A stretch of DNA of 64,000 nucleotides from the NCBI GenBank assembly GCA_052273165.1, contig DAVZIU010000004.1, one strand, 5' to 3'. The stretch comes from Treponema berlinense. GTDB lineage: Bacteria > Spirochaetota > Spirochaetia > Treponematales > Treponemataceae. Shown one piece after another: positions 40,732 through 51,034 of this stretch (position 1 is the stretch's first letter; each line of letters opens with the position of its first letter). The notes below the pieces were generated by a model that saw nothing but the letters and a program-made list of their open reading frames with translations, did no database searches and was not told the origin of the DNA. The translations under genes and the position numbers were made by a program.

Positions 40732-41994
40732 ATGGCACAGTTTCCAAAAAAACAGGTTTTAATCATAGACGCAACTCCGATGTTCCGGGAATTTTTAACA
40801 GAAAAACTTACCGAAGAAAAAATTGAGGTTGAAACTGCGCAGGGACACCGCGATGCCGTAATCAAAATGGCAAACGACCTGCCTGACCTTATTATTTTGG
40901 ATATTGAAAATTCGATTGACGATATGCAGGAATTTTTGGACAAAAAAGCGTCAAATCCGAACACAGTCAAAATTCCAATGATTATTTCTGGTCCAAAAAT
41001 CGAAAAAGAACGTGTTGCCCAACTTATTCATTATGGCGTTGCAAAATATTTTACAAAACCAATCAAATTCGACCTTTTTTTTGAATCAATCGGACAAATT
41101 TTGCGCTCTGCCTTTACAATGGACATAACACCGTGCGTGCTTGAAATTCACCTGAACAAAAACATTATTTTTGTTGAAATTGCGCAGGGACTTAACCGCG
41201 AAAAAATGGCCCTTCTAAAATACAAACTTACGGAACTGATGGACAAAAACCGTCTGGATTCTCCTAAAGTTATAGTAATGATGACAGACCTTTCTCTGAG
41301 TTTTGTCGACGGCTCAAACCTTGAGCTTCTTTTTGATAATATTCTTGCAGACAAGAGAATTGAACGAAAAAATCTAAAGGTTCTTTCACTGGACAGTTTT
41401 GCAAAAGAATTTATCGAAGGTCATACAGAATATTACGGTGTAGAAGTCGTTTCAAACCTAAACGAAGTTTTAAATTCAGTTGTTGAAAGCGGTTCAGAAT
41501 CAACTGTTCAAGACATAATTTCGGATCAGATTTTAACCTCAACAGGCTCAGAAGACGAAGGTTCTGTGGAAATGCGCTTTTATTCAGACACAGGAACCGC
41601 TGAACACGAAGAAGAAGACAGTTCTCAACCGTTTAAAATTGCAATTGTCGATGACGATGCAGTCGTCCGTCAGTTGCTTTCACTCAGTTTTAAATCCATA
41701 AATGCAGAATGTGCCCTTTTCTCAAGCGGAACTGAATTTTTGCAGGCCGCAAAGACAAATAATTACACACTAATTGTTCTTGATATTTTTATGCCAGGAA
41801 TAAGCGGTTTTGATATTTTAAAAAACTTGCAGCAATTCAACATAAAAAGTCCGATAATCGTTTATTCGCAGTCAGCACAACGAGAACTGATTGTTCAGTC
41901 GCTTTCGCTCGGTGCAAAAACCTACATTGTAAAACCTCAAAAACCAGATTTTATAATTCAAAAAGCACTGGAAATCATAAATGGAAAACTCTGA
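40732..41994 (+). CDS. Response regulator with two receiver domains
   Basis: N-terminal LIID...PDLIILD...KP; C-terminal IVDDD...LDIFMP...KP. Confidence 0.85.
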   Translation: MAQFPKKQVLIIDATPMFREFLTEKLTEEKIEVETAQGHRDAVIKMANDLPDLIILDIENSIDDMQEFLDKKASNPNTVKIPMIISGPKIEKERVAQLIHYGVAKYFTKPIKFDLFFESIGQILRSAFTMDITPCVLEIHLNKNIIFVEIAQGLNREKMALLKYKLTELMDKNRLDSPKVIVMMTDLSLSFVDGSNLELLFDNILADKRIERKNLKVLSLDSFAKEFIEGHTEYYGVEVVSNLNEVLNSVVESGSESTVQDIISDQILTSTGSEDEGSVEMRFYSDTGTAEHEEEDSSQPFKIAIVDDDAVVRQLLSLSFKSINAECALFSSGTEFLQAAKTNNYTLIVLDIFMPGISGFDILKNLQQFNIKSPIIVYSQSAQRELIVQSLSLGAKTYIVKPQKPDFIIQKALEIINGKL

Positions 41995-43984
41995 TTCTTT
42001 CAGCGCGATTGACGAGGCCAGCCGTTATCTTGCAAGCACACTTCACGAAATCAGGACGCCAATTCAGACAATTATCGGCACCGTCGAGCTTTTGCAAGAC
42101 ACAAGCATGGACGACGAACAGCGTGAGTATATTCGCCAAATTCAATTTAGCGCAGATGTTCTACTCGACCTTGCAAACAATATTTTGGATTTTACAAAAA
42201 TCCGTTCCGACCAATTTAAGCTGGAATCAGTTCCTTTTAACATTGTTGAACTTACAGAGCAGGTCGTAGATTTAATCAGCATCGAAGCGTTTAACCGTGG
42301 ATTGGAAATTATTACGGACATTGATTTTTCAATTCCTTCGATAATTTATGGAGATCCTGTCAGAATTCAGCAGATAATCTTAAATCTTTTAAAAAACGCT
42401 GTAAAATTCACAAATCACGGATATATTCATCTTGAACTAAAAAAAACAGGGCAAAATATTTTATTCACGATAAAAGATACTGGAATCGGCATAAAAAAAG
42501 AACAAAAAGAAAAAATCTTTACAAATTATTATCAGGGCGACATTTCTACTTACCGCAGATTCGGCGGAACAGGACTTGGACTCTCAATCAGCAAAAACCT
42601 TGTGCATTTAATGAATGGCAGAATCGGCGTAAAACCAAACAAGGACGAAGGTTCAATTTTTTGGTTTACACTGCCAATTGTAAAAAATCGGGGGTTCGAA
42701 ACTTTTGAACAAAAAGAAACATTTCTGGTTCAAAAAAATTCTAAAATCTTAATAATTGACGACAACCAAAAAGCCACAAATTCACTGATAAAAATTCTAA
42801 ATGCCGCAGGAATTTTTGATATTGAATCGACGACACAACCACAGAACACAATTCAGCTTATTTTAGACGCGGAATCTCAAAAAAATCCGTTTAATCTCGT
42901 TTTTATCGATATGATTATGCCAGCAATGGACGGATGGCATTTGGCGAGCGAAATTCACAATGAAAAAAAAATAAAAAACACGCCAGAGCTTTACCTTCTT
43001 GTGCCAGAGGGTCAGATGAAAGGCGAAGCAAAAATGAAAATGCTCAACTGGTTTGAAGGATACCTTTACAAGCCTTTAAAGCGAAAAAAAGTATTTGAGC
43101 TTTTAAAAGAAAGCACGGACAAAAAAAATAACAACATTGTTGAGCTGGAGCTTGCAAACGATGACATGATTATGACTCTTGAGCCAGTTGACGATTCATC
43201 TGTTGCAAAAAACAAAAGAGTTCTCGTTGCGGAAGACCATCCTGTAAACAGCAAGTTAATCGAAACTTTTTTACGGAATTTTGGAGCCGATGTTTTTCTG
43301 GCAGAAGACGGGCAGCAGGCAGTTGAACAGATTAAACAAAATCCAAACATTGAGTTGATTTTTATGGACATTCAGATGCCTGTAAAAAATGGCGTTGAAG
43401 CCACTGTCGAGCTCCGAAAATCCGGTTACAAAGGAATTATCATCGCATGTACGGCAAATAACGACGCAAACGATTTTGAAATATACAAAAAAAGTGGCAT
43501 AAACGACATTATTGTAAAGCCGTTTAAAAGCAACACAATCCGCACAGTTCTAGAAAACTGGATTCCAATTATAGATTTGACTGTTTTAAAATCAGTCTCA
43601 ACCATCGAACCCGAAAATTCTGCAAAAAAAACGGCCTGGGACAAAGAAGATTTTTTGGACACTACAGGTGGCGACATTGTGGCTTCAATCGAAATATTAA
43701 AAACTTTTGCAAAACAGACAAACAGACTTTTAAAAGAAGCGGAAATGGCTGTTGAGGCAAAAGATTTTGAAAAACTGCGAGCGCTAGGACATTCACTAAA
43801 AGGAAGTTCTGGCACAGTAAGCGCAAAATTGCTTGCAGAATACGCTTCCAGACTAAACCTTACGGCAAAAACAGGCGACATTGCAGGCTGCAGATTCAAT
43901 CTGGAAGAATTTAAACATGAATATGTCCGCTTTAAAAAGCTTGTAGCAAAATTCATAAGAGCAGAACAGGCAGTAAAAAAATGA
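41981..43984 (+). CDS. Cytoplasmic hybrid histidine kinase (HisKA-HATPase-REC-REC-Hpt)
   Basis: HEIRTP, NLLKNAVKF, DTGIG, GGTGLGL, two D-x-x-MP receivers, HSLKG. Confidence 0.92.
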   Translation: MENSDSFSAIDEASRYLASTLHEIRTPIQTIIGTVELLQDTSMDDEQREYIRQIQFSADVLLDLANNILDFTKIRSDQFKLESVPFNIVELTEQVVDLISIEAFNRGLEIITDIDFSIPSIIYGDPVRIQQIILNLLKNAVKFTNHGYIHLELKKTGQNILFTIKDTGIGIKKEQKEKIFTNYYQGDISTYRRFGGTGLGLSISKNLVHLMNGRIGVKPNKDEGSIFWFTLPIVKNRGFETFEQKETFLVQKNSKILIIDDNQKATNSLIKILNAAGIFDIESTTQPQNTIQLILDAESQKNPFNLVFIDMIMPAMDGWHLASEIHNEKKIKNTPELYLLVPEGQMKGEAKMKMLNWFEGYLYKPLKRKKVFELLKESTDKKNNNIVELELANDDMIMTLEPVDDSSVAKNKRVLVAEDHPVNSKLIETFLRNFGADVFLAEDGQQAVEQIKQNPNIELIFMDIQMPVKNGVEATVELRKSGYKGIIIACTANNDANDFEIYKKSGINDIIVKPFKSNTIRTVLENWIPIIDLTVLKSVSTIEPENSAKKTAWDKEDFLDTTGGDIVASIEILKTFAKQTNRLLKEAEMAVEAKDFEKLRALGHSLKGSSGTVSAKLLAEYASRLNLTAKTGDIAGCRFNLEEFKHEYVRFKKLVAKFIRAEQAVKK

Positions 43985-44865
43985 AAAGTTTTGTTGATTT
44001 TAAAAAAAATTCAAAGCCATTAAAAGTAAATTTTCACACACATTCCACATTTTGCGACGGAAAAAACACGCCGGAAGAAAATGTTATTTCCGCAATAAAA
44101 AAAGGTTTTAAAATTTTGGGGTTTTCGAGCCATTCAACCTGGCCGTTTTCTTTTGGCGACAGCATAAAAAAAGATGATTTTGAAAAATACACTCAAGAAA
44201 TCAACTCTCTAAAACAAAAATATGCGGATCAAATCGAAATTTTCTGCGGTTTTGAAGCAGACTATATTCCGCCTTTTTGCAAACCAGATTTTGACGCTTA
44301 TAAAAAATTTTCTCCCGACTTTTTAATCGGTTCTATTCATTATCTGTACAACGGTGAAAATTCTCCAGAAAAAACCATGCCAGTCGACTGGAGCACAGAA
44401 AAACTTTTTGAAGGAATAAAAAACATTTACGCTGGCGATACAAAAAAAATGCTCTGCCACTATTTTGAATCAGAGCGAAAAATGCTTTCGGAATGTAATT
44501 TTTCGATAATAGGACACGCAGACTTAGTCCGCAAATTCAATCAGAAAAATCCATTTTTTAGCGAAAATGAAGGCTGGTACAAAAATGAACTAAAAGAGAC
44601 AGCAAAGTCCATAAGCAGAGCTGGAGTTATCTGCGAAATAAATACTGGCGCAATAAGCCGTGGATTTTTAACACTTCCCTATCCGTCAGAATATTTTTTA
44701 ACGCTTTTACACGAGCAAAACGTTCCAATAATGCTCAGTTCAGACTCGCATGCCGCCGAAACGCTAGACTGCGAGTTTGAACAAGCAACCGCTCTTGCAA
44801 AAAAAATCGGGTACACAGAACTTGCATACCCGAAAAATAAAAATATAATCACATATAAGATTTAG
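43981..44865 (+). CDS. PHP-family histidinol-phosphatase (HisJ/HisK-like)
   Basis: HTHSTFCDG, GSIH, GHAD, EINT, SSDSH. Confidence 0.82.
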   Translation: MKSFVDFKKNSKPLKVNFHTHSTFCDGKNTPEENVISAIKKGFKILGFSSHSTWPFSFGDSIKKDDFEKYTQEINSLKQKYADQIEIFCGFEADYIPPFCKPDFDAYKKFSPDFLIGSIHYLYNGENSPEKTMPVDWSTEKLFEGIKNIYAGDTKKMLCHYFESERKMLSECNFSIIGHADLVRKFNQKNPFFSENEGWYKNELKETAKSISRAGVICEINTGAISRGFLTLPYPSEYFLTLLHEQNVPIMLSSDSHAAETLDCEFEQATALAKKIGYTELAYPKNKNIITYKI

Positions 44866-45218
44866 CGATTCTGTCTTTCGTTGCGGCTCTGACAGTTAAT
44901 ACACATAAAAGCGTAAGGGATTGCTTCGAGCCTTTCTTCAGGAATTTCTTCCTTGCAAACCAGACAGCGGCCGTAAGTTCCCTGCTTAATGCGGTCAAGC
45001 GCATTATTTATCATTTGCAGGCGGTTTGAATCCTGAGCGCCAAGCGATTCAAGCAAACGACCATCTACAACATCAGAAGCAACATCAACTTCATCTCCAG
45101 ACTCTCCGCCTTCGACAATTTTTTTGTAATCTTCATTTTGTGCAGCAAGAGAGCCGAGAATCGTATTTTTCTGCTCAATTAATTTTTTTTTCATTTTTTC
45201 AACAAATGCTTTTTCCAT
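44862..45218 (-). CDS. dksA: DksA/TraR family RNA polymerase-binding protein
   Basis: DEVDVA (DxxDxA), YGRCLVC...RLEAIPYAFMCINC; start moved to ATG 45218 after GGGAG. Confidence 0.88.
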   Translation of the reverse strand: MEKAFVEKMKKKLIEQKNTILGSLAAQNEDYKKIVEGGESGDEVDVASDVVDGRLLESLGAQDSNRLQMINNALDRIKQGTYGRCLVCKEEIPEERLEAIPYAFMCINCQSRNERQNR

Positions 45219-45306
45219 ATCCGTCTCCCGTTGACAAGATTTTTTATAAGTAGATAATAAATATAATAAAGAACTAACAAAAAGGCAAACTTTTTTTGGA
45301 GGAAAT

Positions 45307-45528
45307 GTGGCTAAAGAAGAAGCTATAGAAGTTGAGGGAATTGTAAAAGAAGCGCTGCCAAACACCATGTTCCGTGTTGAACTTAAAAATGGCGGACATG
45401 TCATCATGGCACATCTTTCAGGCAAAATGCGCAAACACTACATTAAGATTGTTCCAGGAGACAGCGTAAAAGTTGCACTCTCTCCATACGACTTGAACCG
45501 CGGACGCATAATTTTCCGCGAACGCTAA
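45307..45528 (+). CDS. infA: Translation initiation factor IF-1
   Basis: [11 protein letters not shown]...LPNTMFRV...SGKMR; GTG start after GGAGG. Confidence 0.97.
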   Translation: MAKEEAIEVEGIVKEALPNTMFRVELKNGGHVIMAHLSGKMRKHYIKIVPGDSVKVALSPYDLNRGRIIFRER

Positions 45529-45621
45529 TCAAAACTGCTAATTGCAAAAAAAAAGGTCATTTCGGTTTTTAACCGCTCAATGACCTTTATTTTTTTATTC
45601 TGTAAATCTACCAATCTATTT

Positions 45622-46206
45622 TTATTTTGTCTTTCTTGCAAAAATTCCTTTAAGACTTTTTGTCATTCCAGAAAGCCCCTTTATAAATCCTGCAATACAC
45701 AAAATCGGCCCAATCGGAATTATAAAAAAACTAAATCTCATAAAATACATGCTCAAAAGAAAAATTGCCGCGCTTTGCAAAAACTGTCTGAACCATTCGG
45801 CGCGAGTGTATTTTTTTTCTGATTTTTCGTATTTATAATAATATGTGCGATTTTGACCGTTTTGCGAATTTTCGTTTTTCCAGCCATATTGCGCCCACTG
45901 CCAAAAAGGATCGTCCTGATAAGACGAACCGCCATAAGCACTTTGCTGTCCCCAAGGATTGTATTGCTGACTATACGACTGCTGAGACTGAGAACCGAAA
46001 GCACCGTAACTGTCATAACTACGGCGTTTAGTTTCATCACCCAAAACATCGTAAGCAGCGCTTATATTCTTGAATTTTTCTTCGGCCTCTTTATTGCCAG
46101 GATTCCGGTCAGGATGATATTTCATAGCCAGTTTTCTGTAAGCCGACTTTATTTCGTCCTGAGATGCATCTTTAGAAACTCCCAATACTGCGTATAAATC
46201 TTCCAA
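45622..46206 (-). CDS. J-domain protein with C-terminal membrane segments
   Basis: [16 protein letters not shown] start after AAGGA. Confidence 0.88.
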   Translation of the reverse strand: MEDLYAVLGVSKDASQDEIKSAYRKLAMKYHPDRNPGNKEAEEKFKNISAAYDVLGDETKRRSYDSYGAFGSQSQQSYSQQYNPWGQQSAYGGSSYQDDPFWQWAQYGWKNENSQNGQNRTYYYKYEKSEKKYTRAEWFRQFLQSAAIFLLSMYFMRFSFFIIPIGPILCIAGFIKGLSGMTKSLKGIFARKTK

Positions 46207-46318
46207 TATTCATTCCTTAAGTTTTTACTTTTTTTATTATAAACTGTTCTGCAATTAAAATAATCAAAATTTCCCACAGTTACAAGTAAAAACAGTTTTT
46301 TAAACATTACTTTAAAAC

Positions 46319-46885
46319 TTACTTTAACAAAACCCAGGTTGCTCCAGAACCGCCATGATTTCTGTCGTTGTGTCCGCTCACTCCCAAATGTTTATTTTGC
46401 TCAATAAAAGTCCTCACCATTGCACCCAAAACAGGATCTGTTCCGTGGCTGTGGATTCCCTTTCCGTGAACAATTTCAATTTTTTTTATTCCGCGCCTAA
46501 GGCAATCGTTTACAAAAGATTCAAGTTTTATCCAGGCTTCGTCCCGGGTAAGTCCATGCAGGTCGATTCTTGCTTCTGGACGCATAGATTTTAAGTAATT
46601 GCGGTTTTCCATTTTTGACGCTTCTTCGCTTTCTTCGTTCAGACGGTCTTTATCAACAGTTCCATAACGACGCAACCAAAGTTCCATAGGATTGATTGCT
46701 TTTTTTGAATCCTCAACCATCTGCCCTTCCAAAGTTTTTTTGTAGTTTTGAGCGGCAAGTTCTTTTTCTTCGGGAGTCGGCGCATTTGCTTTTTTATGGC
46801 TAACCTGAGCCGCAGGCTTTTTTGCAGCAGATTTTTCTTTTTTTTGAGTTTCTGCCCATTGTGTCAAAATATCACCAAAATCCAT
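46319..46885 (-). CDS. Smr domain protein
   Basis: IDLHGLT, IVHGKG, GGSGATWV. Confidence 0.9.
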   Translation of the reverse strand: MDFGDILTQWAETQKKEKSAAKKPAAQVSHKKANAPTPEEKELAAQNYKKTLEGQMVEDSKKAINPMELWLRRYGTVDKDRLNEESEEASKMENRNYLKSMRPEARIDLHGLTRDEAWIKLESFVNDCLRRGIKKIEIVHGKGIHSHGTDPVLGAMVRTFIEQNKHLGVSGHNDRNHGGSGATWVLLK

Positions 46886-46910
46886 TTTATTCCTCCAATA
46901 AATTTTTATC

Positions 46911-47018
46911 GGGCGGCTTTTTGCATAGCAAAAATCAGGCTATCCGTGGTTCCGGCTTTCGCCTGCATTGCTCCACAAAGTTCCGCAACGGCTTTGCCGC
47001 CACTCCTATCCTTGCCGC
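46911..47018 (-). repeat. Structured intergenic repeat, family A
   Basis: GCGGC...GCCGCCC ends; covaries with 255-363. Confidence 0.7.
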
Positions 47019-47029
47019 TTTGCAGTAAA

Positions 47030-48424
47030 TTATTTTATTTCAAAAACAAGTTCTTTTTTTACCCAGCCGTTTATTTCCGACGATTCTATATAAAAGTAAT
47101 CGCTTGTTTTTTCCGAAATTTTTACGCGTATTCCACCGTAAAAATTCTGCACAACAGAACAGGTTTCTTCTGGCACAGGACTTATGTTTCCGCCTGCAAA
47201 AATTCCATAATTCTTAAAAATTTGAGTTCCTTTGTAAAAACTCGCAACAAACGCAAAAACCATGCAGAACGCAAGCATAATTGCAATTTTTTTCCGCTTC
47301 AAAATAATAAAAACCACCATCAAGACCAGTAAAATTATTCCGCAAACAGCAAATAATTCCACAAAAGGCTTTTTTATTTCATTTTCGTTATTTGAAAGCG
47401 AAAACTTTTTTTCAAGCTGCTCGCGCTCCGATTTTACTTTTCCCGAAAACAAAGAATTTCTTTCAAGACTCCGCAATTCAGCAATTTTTTTGCAATCTTC
47501 AATTCCAATTTTCTTTTTTGTAAAGCCGTTGTCAGTGTTTTTTGGCTCAGAAAATGCCGAATTAAACAGTTTTTTGTCGATTATTTTGCCTTCAGAATTT
47601 TCAACTTTTTGAGAAGTCGGCAAAACAGTTAAAATTACGTTCGGAATTTTTACAGTGCGCTGGCTTCCATTGTAAGCAATCGCCGTCAAAGCAAATTCTG
47701 GCAAATCGTATTCGCCTTCTACAAGCGGCTTCCATCGGAATTTTGCAACAAGAAGGCTTTTGTCCGAAAAATTTCTTCCGACAGATTTTCCACGGGCATA
47801 TTCAGAAGTTTCGATTTCTTCAAAAATTGAATTTTTCGGCAATTTCCAGTTGAAAGAAATTATCTGAGAAAAATACTTCAATTTCAATTCAAAAATAATT
47901 TCTTCTCCTTCCCTTGCAGTAAATTTTTTCGAATCTCCAAAAGTTCTATTAAAATTTGCCCCGGAAACAAATTCAACCAGAGCCAGAGGATTTATCAGAT
48001 CTGGATTTTCAAAAACAGTTATATCGTCAAATGGAATATAATAAGTCTTAAAACCAATAATTACGATTAAAGGCGGAAGCCTTACAGGACCTGTGTCCTT
48101 AAAAGCAAACCAAAGGTGAACCGCAGTTCCACGAATCCCGTTTTCTCCAATAAATTCTTCTTTTTTTGAAGAAATAAGCTGGACTCCTTCCGGCAATTGT
48201 GGCAAATCAGTCTGAACCTTAGAAGGCTCAACTCCAGGAATTTTCAGCGTAAAACCGTTTTCGTAAACCGTAAAAATCGAAGAATTGTCCGCCTTTACTT
48301 TTAATGTGCGGATAAAAGCAGATGACGGAGTTTTTGCATAAAGCGAACCAAAAATCAGAAAAAATACAAAAACTAATAATCCACGACAGACGAATCTTTT
48401 TTGTTTGACTGAAGTTTTTGCCAT
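47030..48424 (-). CDS. BatD/BatE-like exported protein with C-terminal SH3-like domain
   Basis: Operon position, signal peptide, Ig-like strands, two TM segments, terminal GWV motif. Confidence 0.6.
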   Translation of the reverse strand: MAKTSVKQKRFVCRGLLVFVFFLIFGSLYAKTPSSAFIRTLKVKADNSSIFTVYENGFTLKIPGVEPSKVQTDLPQLPEGVQLISSKKEEFIGENGIRGTAVHLWFAFKDTGPVRLPPLIVIIGFKTYYIPFDDITVFENPDLINPLALVEFVSGANFNRTFGDSKKFTAREGEEIIFELKLKYFSQIISFNWKLPKNSIFEEIETSEYARGKSVGRNFSDKSLLVAKFRWKPLVEGEYDLPEFALTAIAYNGSQRTVKIPNVILTVLPTSQKVENSEGKIIDKKLFNSAFSEPKNTDNGFTKKKIGIEDCKKIAELRSLERNSLFSGKVKSEREQLEKKFSLSNNENEIKKPFVELFAVCGIILLVLMVVFIILKRKKIAIMLAFCMVFAFVASFYKGTQIFKNYGIFAGGNISPVPEETCSVVQNFYGGIRVKISEKTSDYFYIESSEINGWVKKELVFEIK

Positions 48425-50007
48425 CGTTCTTTTTCCTCCTGCTGAATAAGATTAAAAACGGCATTTTCCATTGAATTGTTGTTTTTTTCGACATTGACAG
48501 AAGTCATTTCTTTTTCTGCCGACTTTGAATTTCGAGTTTCCAATTGCTGCTGAATAAATTCCAAATTGATTTTTGCATTCAAATTTGAAGAATCCGCAAG
48601 AACCGCTTTTTTAAAATATTCCCTTGCCAGCGAAAAATCTCCGCGGCGGTTTGCAATAATTCCGGCATTGTAAAAAGCCGCACTCTTGAGTTTTTCATCT
48701 GCTTCTAGCGAAACCTGTTCAAGCCTGATTAAAGCGGCATCGAGCTCGTCCTGCATGATGTAAGTTGATGCAAGGTTGTAAGCGCAGTACTCAGCAAGAA
48801 TTTTTTCTTCTGAAAGTCTTGAATTGTTGTACGAACGCAAAAAATTCGCGGTCGCCGTCTGATATTTTTTTTGATACCAGTTAAAAACTCCGTTCAAAAC
48901 CGAAAATTTTTCGGACTTGCAGGAAACAAAAAACGGAAGAAGAGCAAAAACCGCAAGAACAGTCGTTTTTTTTGCAGATTTAGAACCAGAAAGAAAATTC
49001 AAATCAAGTTCGGAAACAATAAAAGAAAAAATAAAAAATAAAATCGCTAGAAAAATAAACAGTTTGTGATGTGAAATCTTTTGAATTTCAAAAGACTCTC
49101 CAGCCATTTTTTTTCCGGAAAGCTGATTGAGCAAAACGTAGGCGGAACCTTCAGAATCTGCAGCAACGTAAGAAATCGAATTGTCTGGACTAAGACGGTG
49201 CCGTGGCAAAAGCGATTTTTTATTGGCAGCAGAAGCGGCATCTATCATTTTTTCAGCATTTAAGAAAGTTTTTACCTTTGTAACGCCGTCTCCTGCAAGA
49301 ATTTCAACTGGACGCGCAGTTCCAAAGCCAACTAGAGTAACAGGAATTCCAAATCTTGCCGCATCGTCAAGGGCTAAAGACAGTGAGCCATCAGTTTCGT
49401 CTCCGTCAGTAAAAACCCAGACATGAGCGTTCTGACTCATATTTTTTGGAAAAGCCTGCATTGCAGAAGAAATTCCTTTTCCGATTGAAGAACCGGCAGC
49501 CGTCATTAAGGCTGGAGAAAGGCTCTCTAAAATAGAATCCACGCTTGTCCTGTCATCTGTCAAAGGAACGGCAATAATTCCATCGCCTTTTGCAAGAACC
49601 ACGCTCACAGAAGTTCCATTCATTTTTTCAAGGAGTTTCCAGGCATATTGTTTTGACGCTTCAAGTCTCGTCAAACCTTCAGGAGCGTCTTTTGCATTCA
49701 TGCTCCAGGAAATATCAAAAACAAAAGCAACCGCATCTCCGGTTTTTTGAACTGCAACAGCGTTTGTCCCCCAGAAAATCCCTGCAAAAGCAAAAACTGC
49801 AAAGGCACAGGCAAAAAAACGTAGCACAGTCCGCAAAATTATCGAAATTTTAAAACGGCGGAAAGATCTATTTTTTTGAAAATTATTCATTAAATTTGCA
49901 ACGCCTAAACTTTTTGCCACTTTTTTGTAGCGAAACAAATCATAAGCAGAGAAAAAAATTAAAATCAACAAAATAAAAAAAGCGTACGGTCTTTGAATGT
50001 CCAGCAT
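48373..50007 (-). CDS. VWA plus TPR protein (BatB/BatC-like fusion)
   Basis: MIDAS DISWSM, TDGDE; TPRs YNLA, YNAG, AKINLE. Confidence 0.8.
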   Translation of the reverse strand: MLDIQRPYAFFILLILIFFSAYDLFRYKKVAKSLGVANLMNNFQKNRSFRRFKISIILRTVLRFFACAFAVFAFAGIFWGTNAVAVQKTGDAVAFVFDISWSMNAKDAPEGLTRLEASKQYAWKLLEKMNGTSVSVVLAKGDGIIAVPLTDDRTSVDSILESLSPALMTAAGSSIGKGISSAMQAFPKNMSQNAHVWVFTDGDETDGSLSLALDDAARFGIPVTLVGFGTARPVEILAGDGVTKVKTFLNAEKMIDAASAANKKSLLPRHRLSPDNSISYVAADSEGSAYVLLNQLSGKKMAGESFEIQKISHHKLFIFLAILFFIFSFIVSELDLNFLSGSKSAKKTTVLAVFALLPFFVSCKSEKFSVLNGVFNWYQKKYQTATANFLRSYNNSRLSEEKILAEYCAYNLASTYIMQDELDAALIRLEQVSLEADEKLKSAAFYNAGIIANRRGDFSLAREYFKKAVLADSSNLNAKINLEFIQQQLETRNSKSAEKEMTSVNVEKNNNSMENAVFNLIQQEEKERWQKLQSNKKDSSVVDY

Positions 50008-50026
50008 AAAATTCCTCGATTAAGTT

Positions 50027-51034
50027 TTAAATTTCTTTCAACAAAATTCGGCGGATAAACCACGCTGCAAAAAAAACAATCGCTGAAAAAATCACAAAAT
50101 ATGAATAAAGCTGCTGGTTTGAAGATTTGTAGTGAAAAGTCTGCAAGACATTTTGCTTTCGGCTTACAGAATTAAGAGCCTCCGCAAAAGCTGCAGTCGA
50201 TTCAATTCCAAAATACGTTCCGCCACCAGCAAGAGCAATTTCTTCAAGAGAAGACGAATCAAATTCAGAATCGTAATAGCCAGAATGGACCTTGCCGGAA
50301 TTAGGATCAACATATTCAATCGGCACAGTTCCTTTTGTTCCAATTCCAAAAGTGTAGACTATAATTCCATTTTGGGTAGCAAGGTTTGCAGCTGTATCGG
50401 GATGAATTGAGCCTGCGTTATTTTCTCCGTCGGTTATTAAAACAATGCATTTTTTTGGAGCAGAAGAAGCTATAAGATGGTAAACGGCGCTGCTTAAACC
50501 GATTCCAAGCGCTGTTCCTTCTCCAAGTCCTCCTGTGACAAGAGAATCAAGGCGCCGCAAAAAAAGCTCATGGTCAATAGTCGGCGGAACAATCGCAGCG
50601 GCCTCGCTTGCCATGGCAACAAGCCCAAAAGCGGCGCCTCTGTTGTTATTTACAAGAGTGCGGATTCCCTGCTTTGCAGCGTCCAAACGGGTCATATTTG
50701 CAATATCACGGGCTGCCATTGAAGGACTCGTATCAAGCACAAAAAGAATATCTGCGCCCTTAGAAGTATAAATTTTTTCCTGTTTTTGAATTACAGGGTC
50801 GGCAAAAGCACAGACAAGGCTTATATAACCTACCACACCCAAAAAAACAGAAAACGCATTAAAAAAAACAGAAACTTTACCTTTCCAGACAAAACTTTTT
50901 CCTTTCCAATCCGAAAAAACAACTGGAAAAGAAATTTTTTTGAAAATTTTAAGCTGGCGGAGAATAAAAAGGGCAGGAATTGCCGCCAAAAACAAAAAAG
51001 CAGTCGGATTTTCAAACACTGGCATTCTCATCAT
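50027..51034 (-). CDS. VWA protein, BatA-like
   Basis: FENP N-terminus, DTSPSM, GTALG, LITDGENNAG; exact start uncertain. Confidence 0.85.
   Translation of the reverse strand: MMRMPVFENPTAFLFLAAIPALFILRQLKIFKKISFPVVFSDWKGKSFVWKGKVSVFFNAFSVFLGVVGYISLVCAFADPVIQKQEKIYTSKGADILFVLDTSPSMAARDIANMTRLDAAKQGIRTLVNNNRGAAFGLVAMASEAAAIVPPTIDHELFLRRLDSLVTGGLGEGTALGIGLSSAVYHLIASSAPKKCIVLITDGENNAGSIHPDTAANLATQNGIIVYTFGIGTKGTVPIEYVDPNSGKVHSGYYDSEFDSSSLEEIALAGGGTYFGIESTAAFAEALNSVSRKQNVLQTFHYKSSNQQLYSYFVIFSAIVFFAAWFIRRILLKEI

Noticed and set aside
44862..45434. 190-aa version of DksA
   Set aside because: The extension is antisense to infA; the SD-backed start is 45218.
46748..47332. 194-aa plus-strand ORF and the many similar antisense ORFs across the window
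   Set aside because: They overlap well-supported genes or repeats on the opposite strand and show no motifs.
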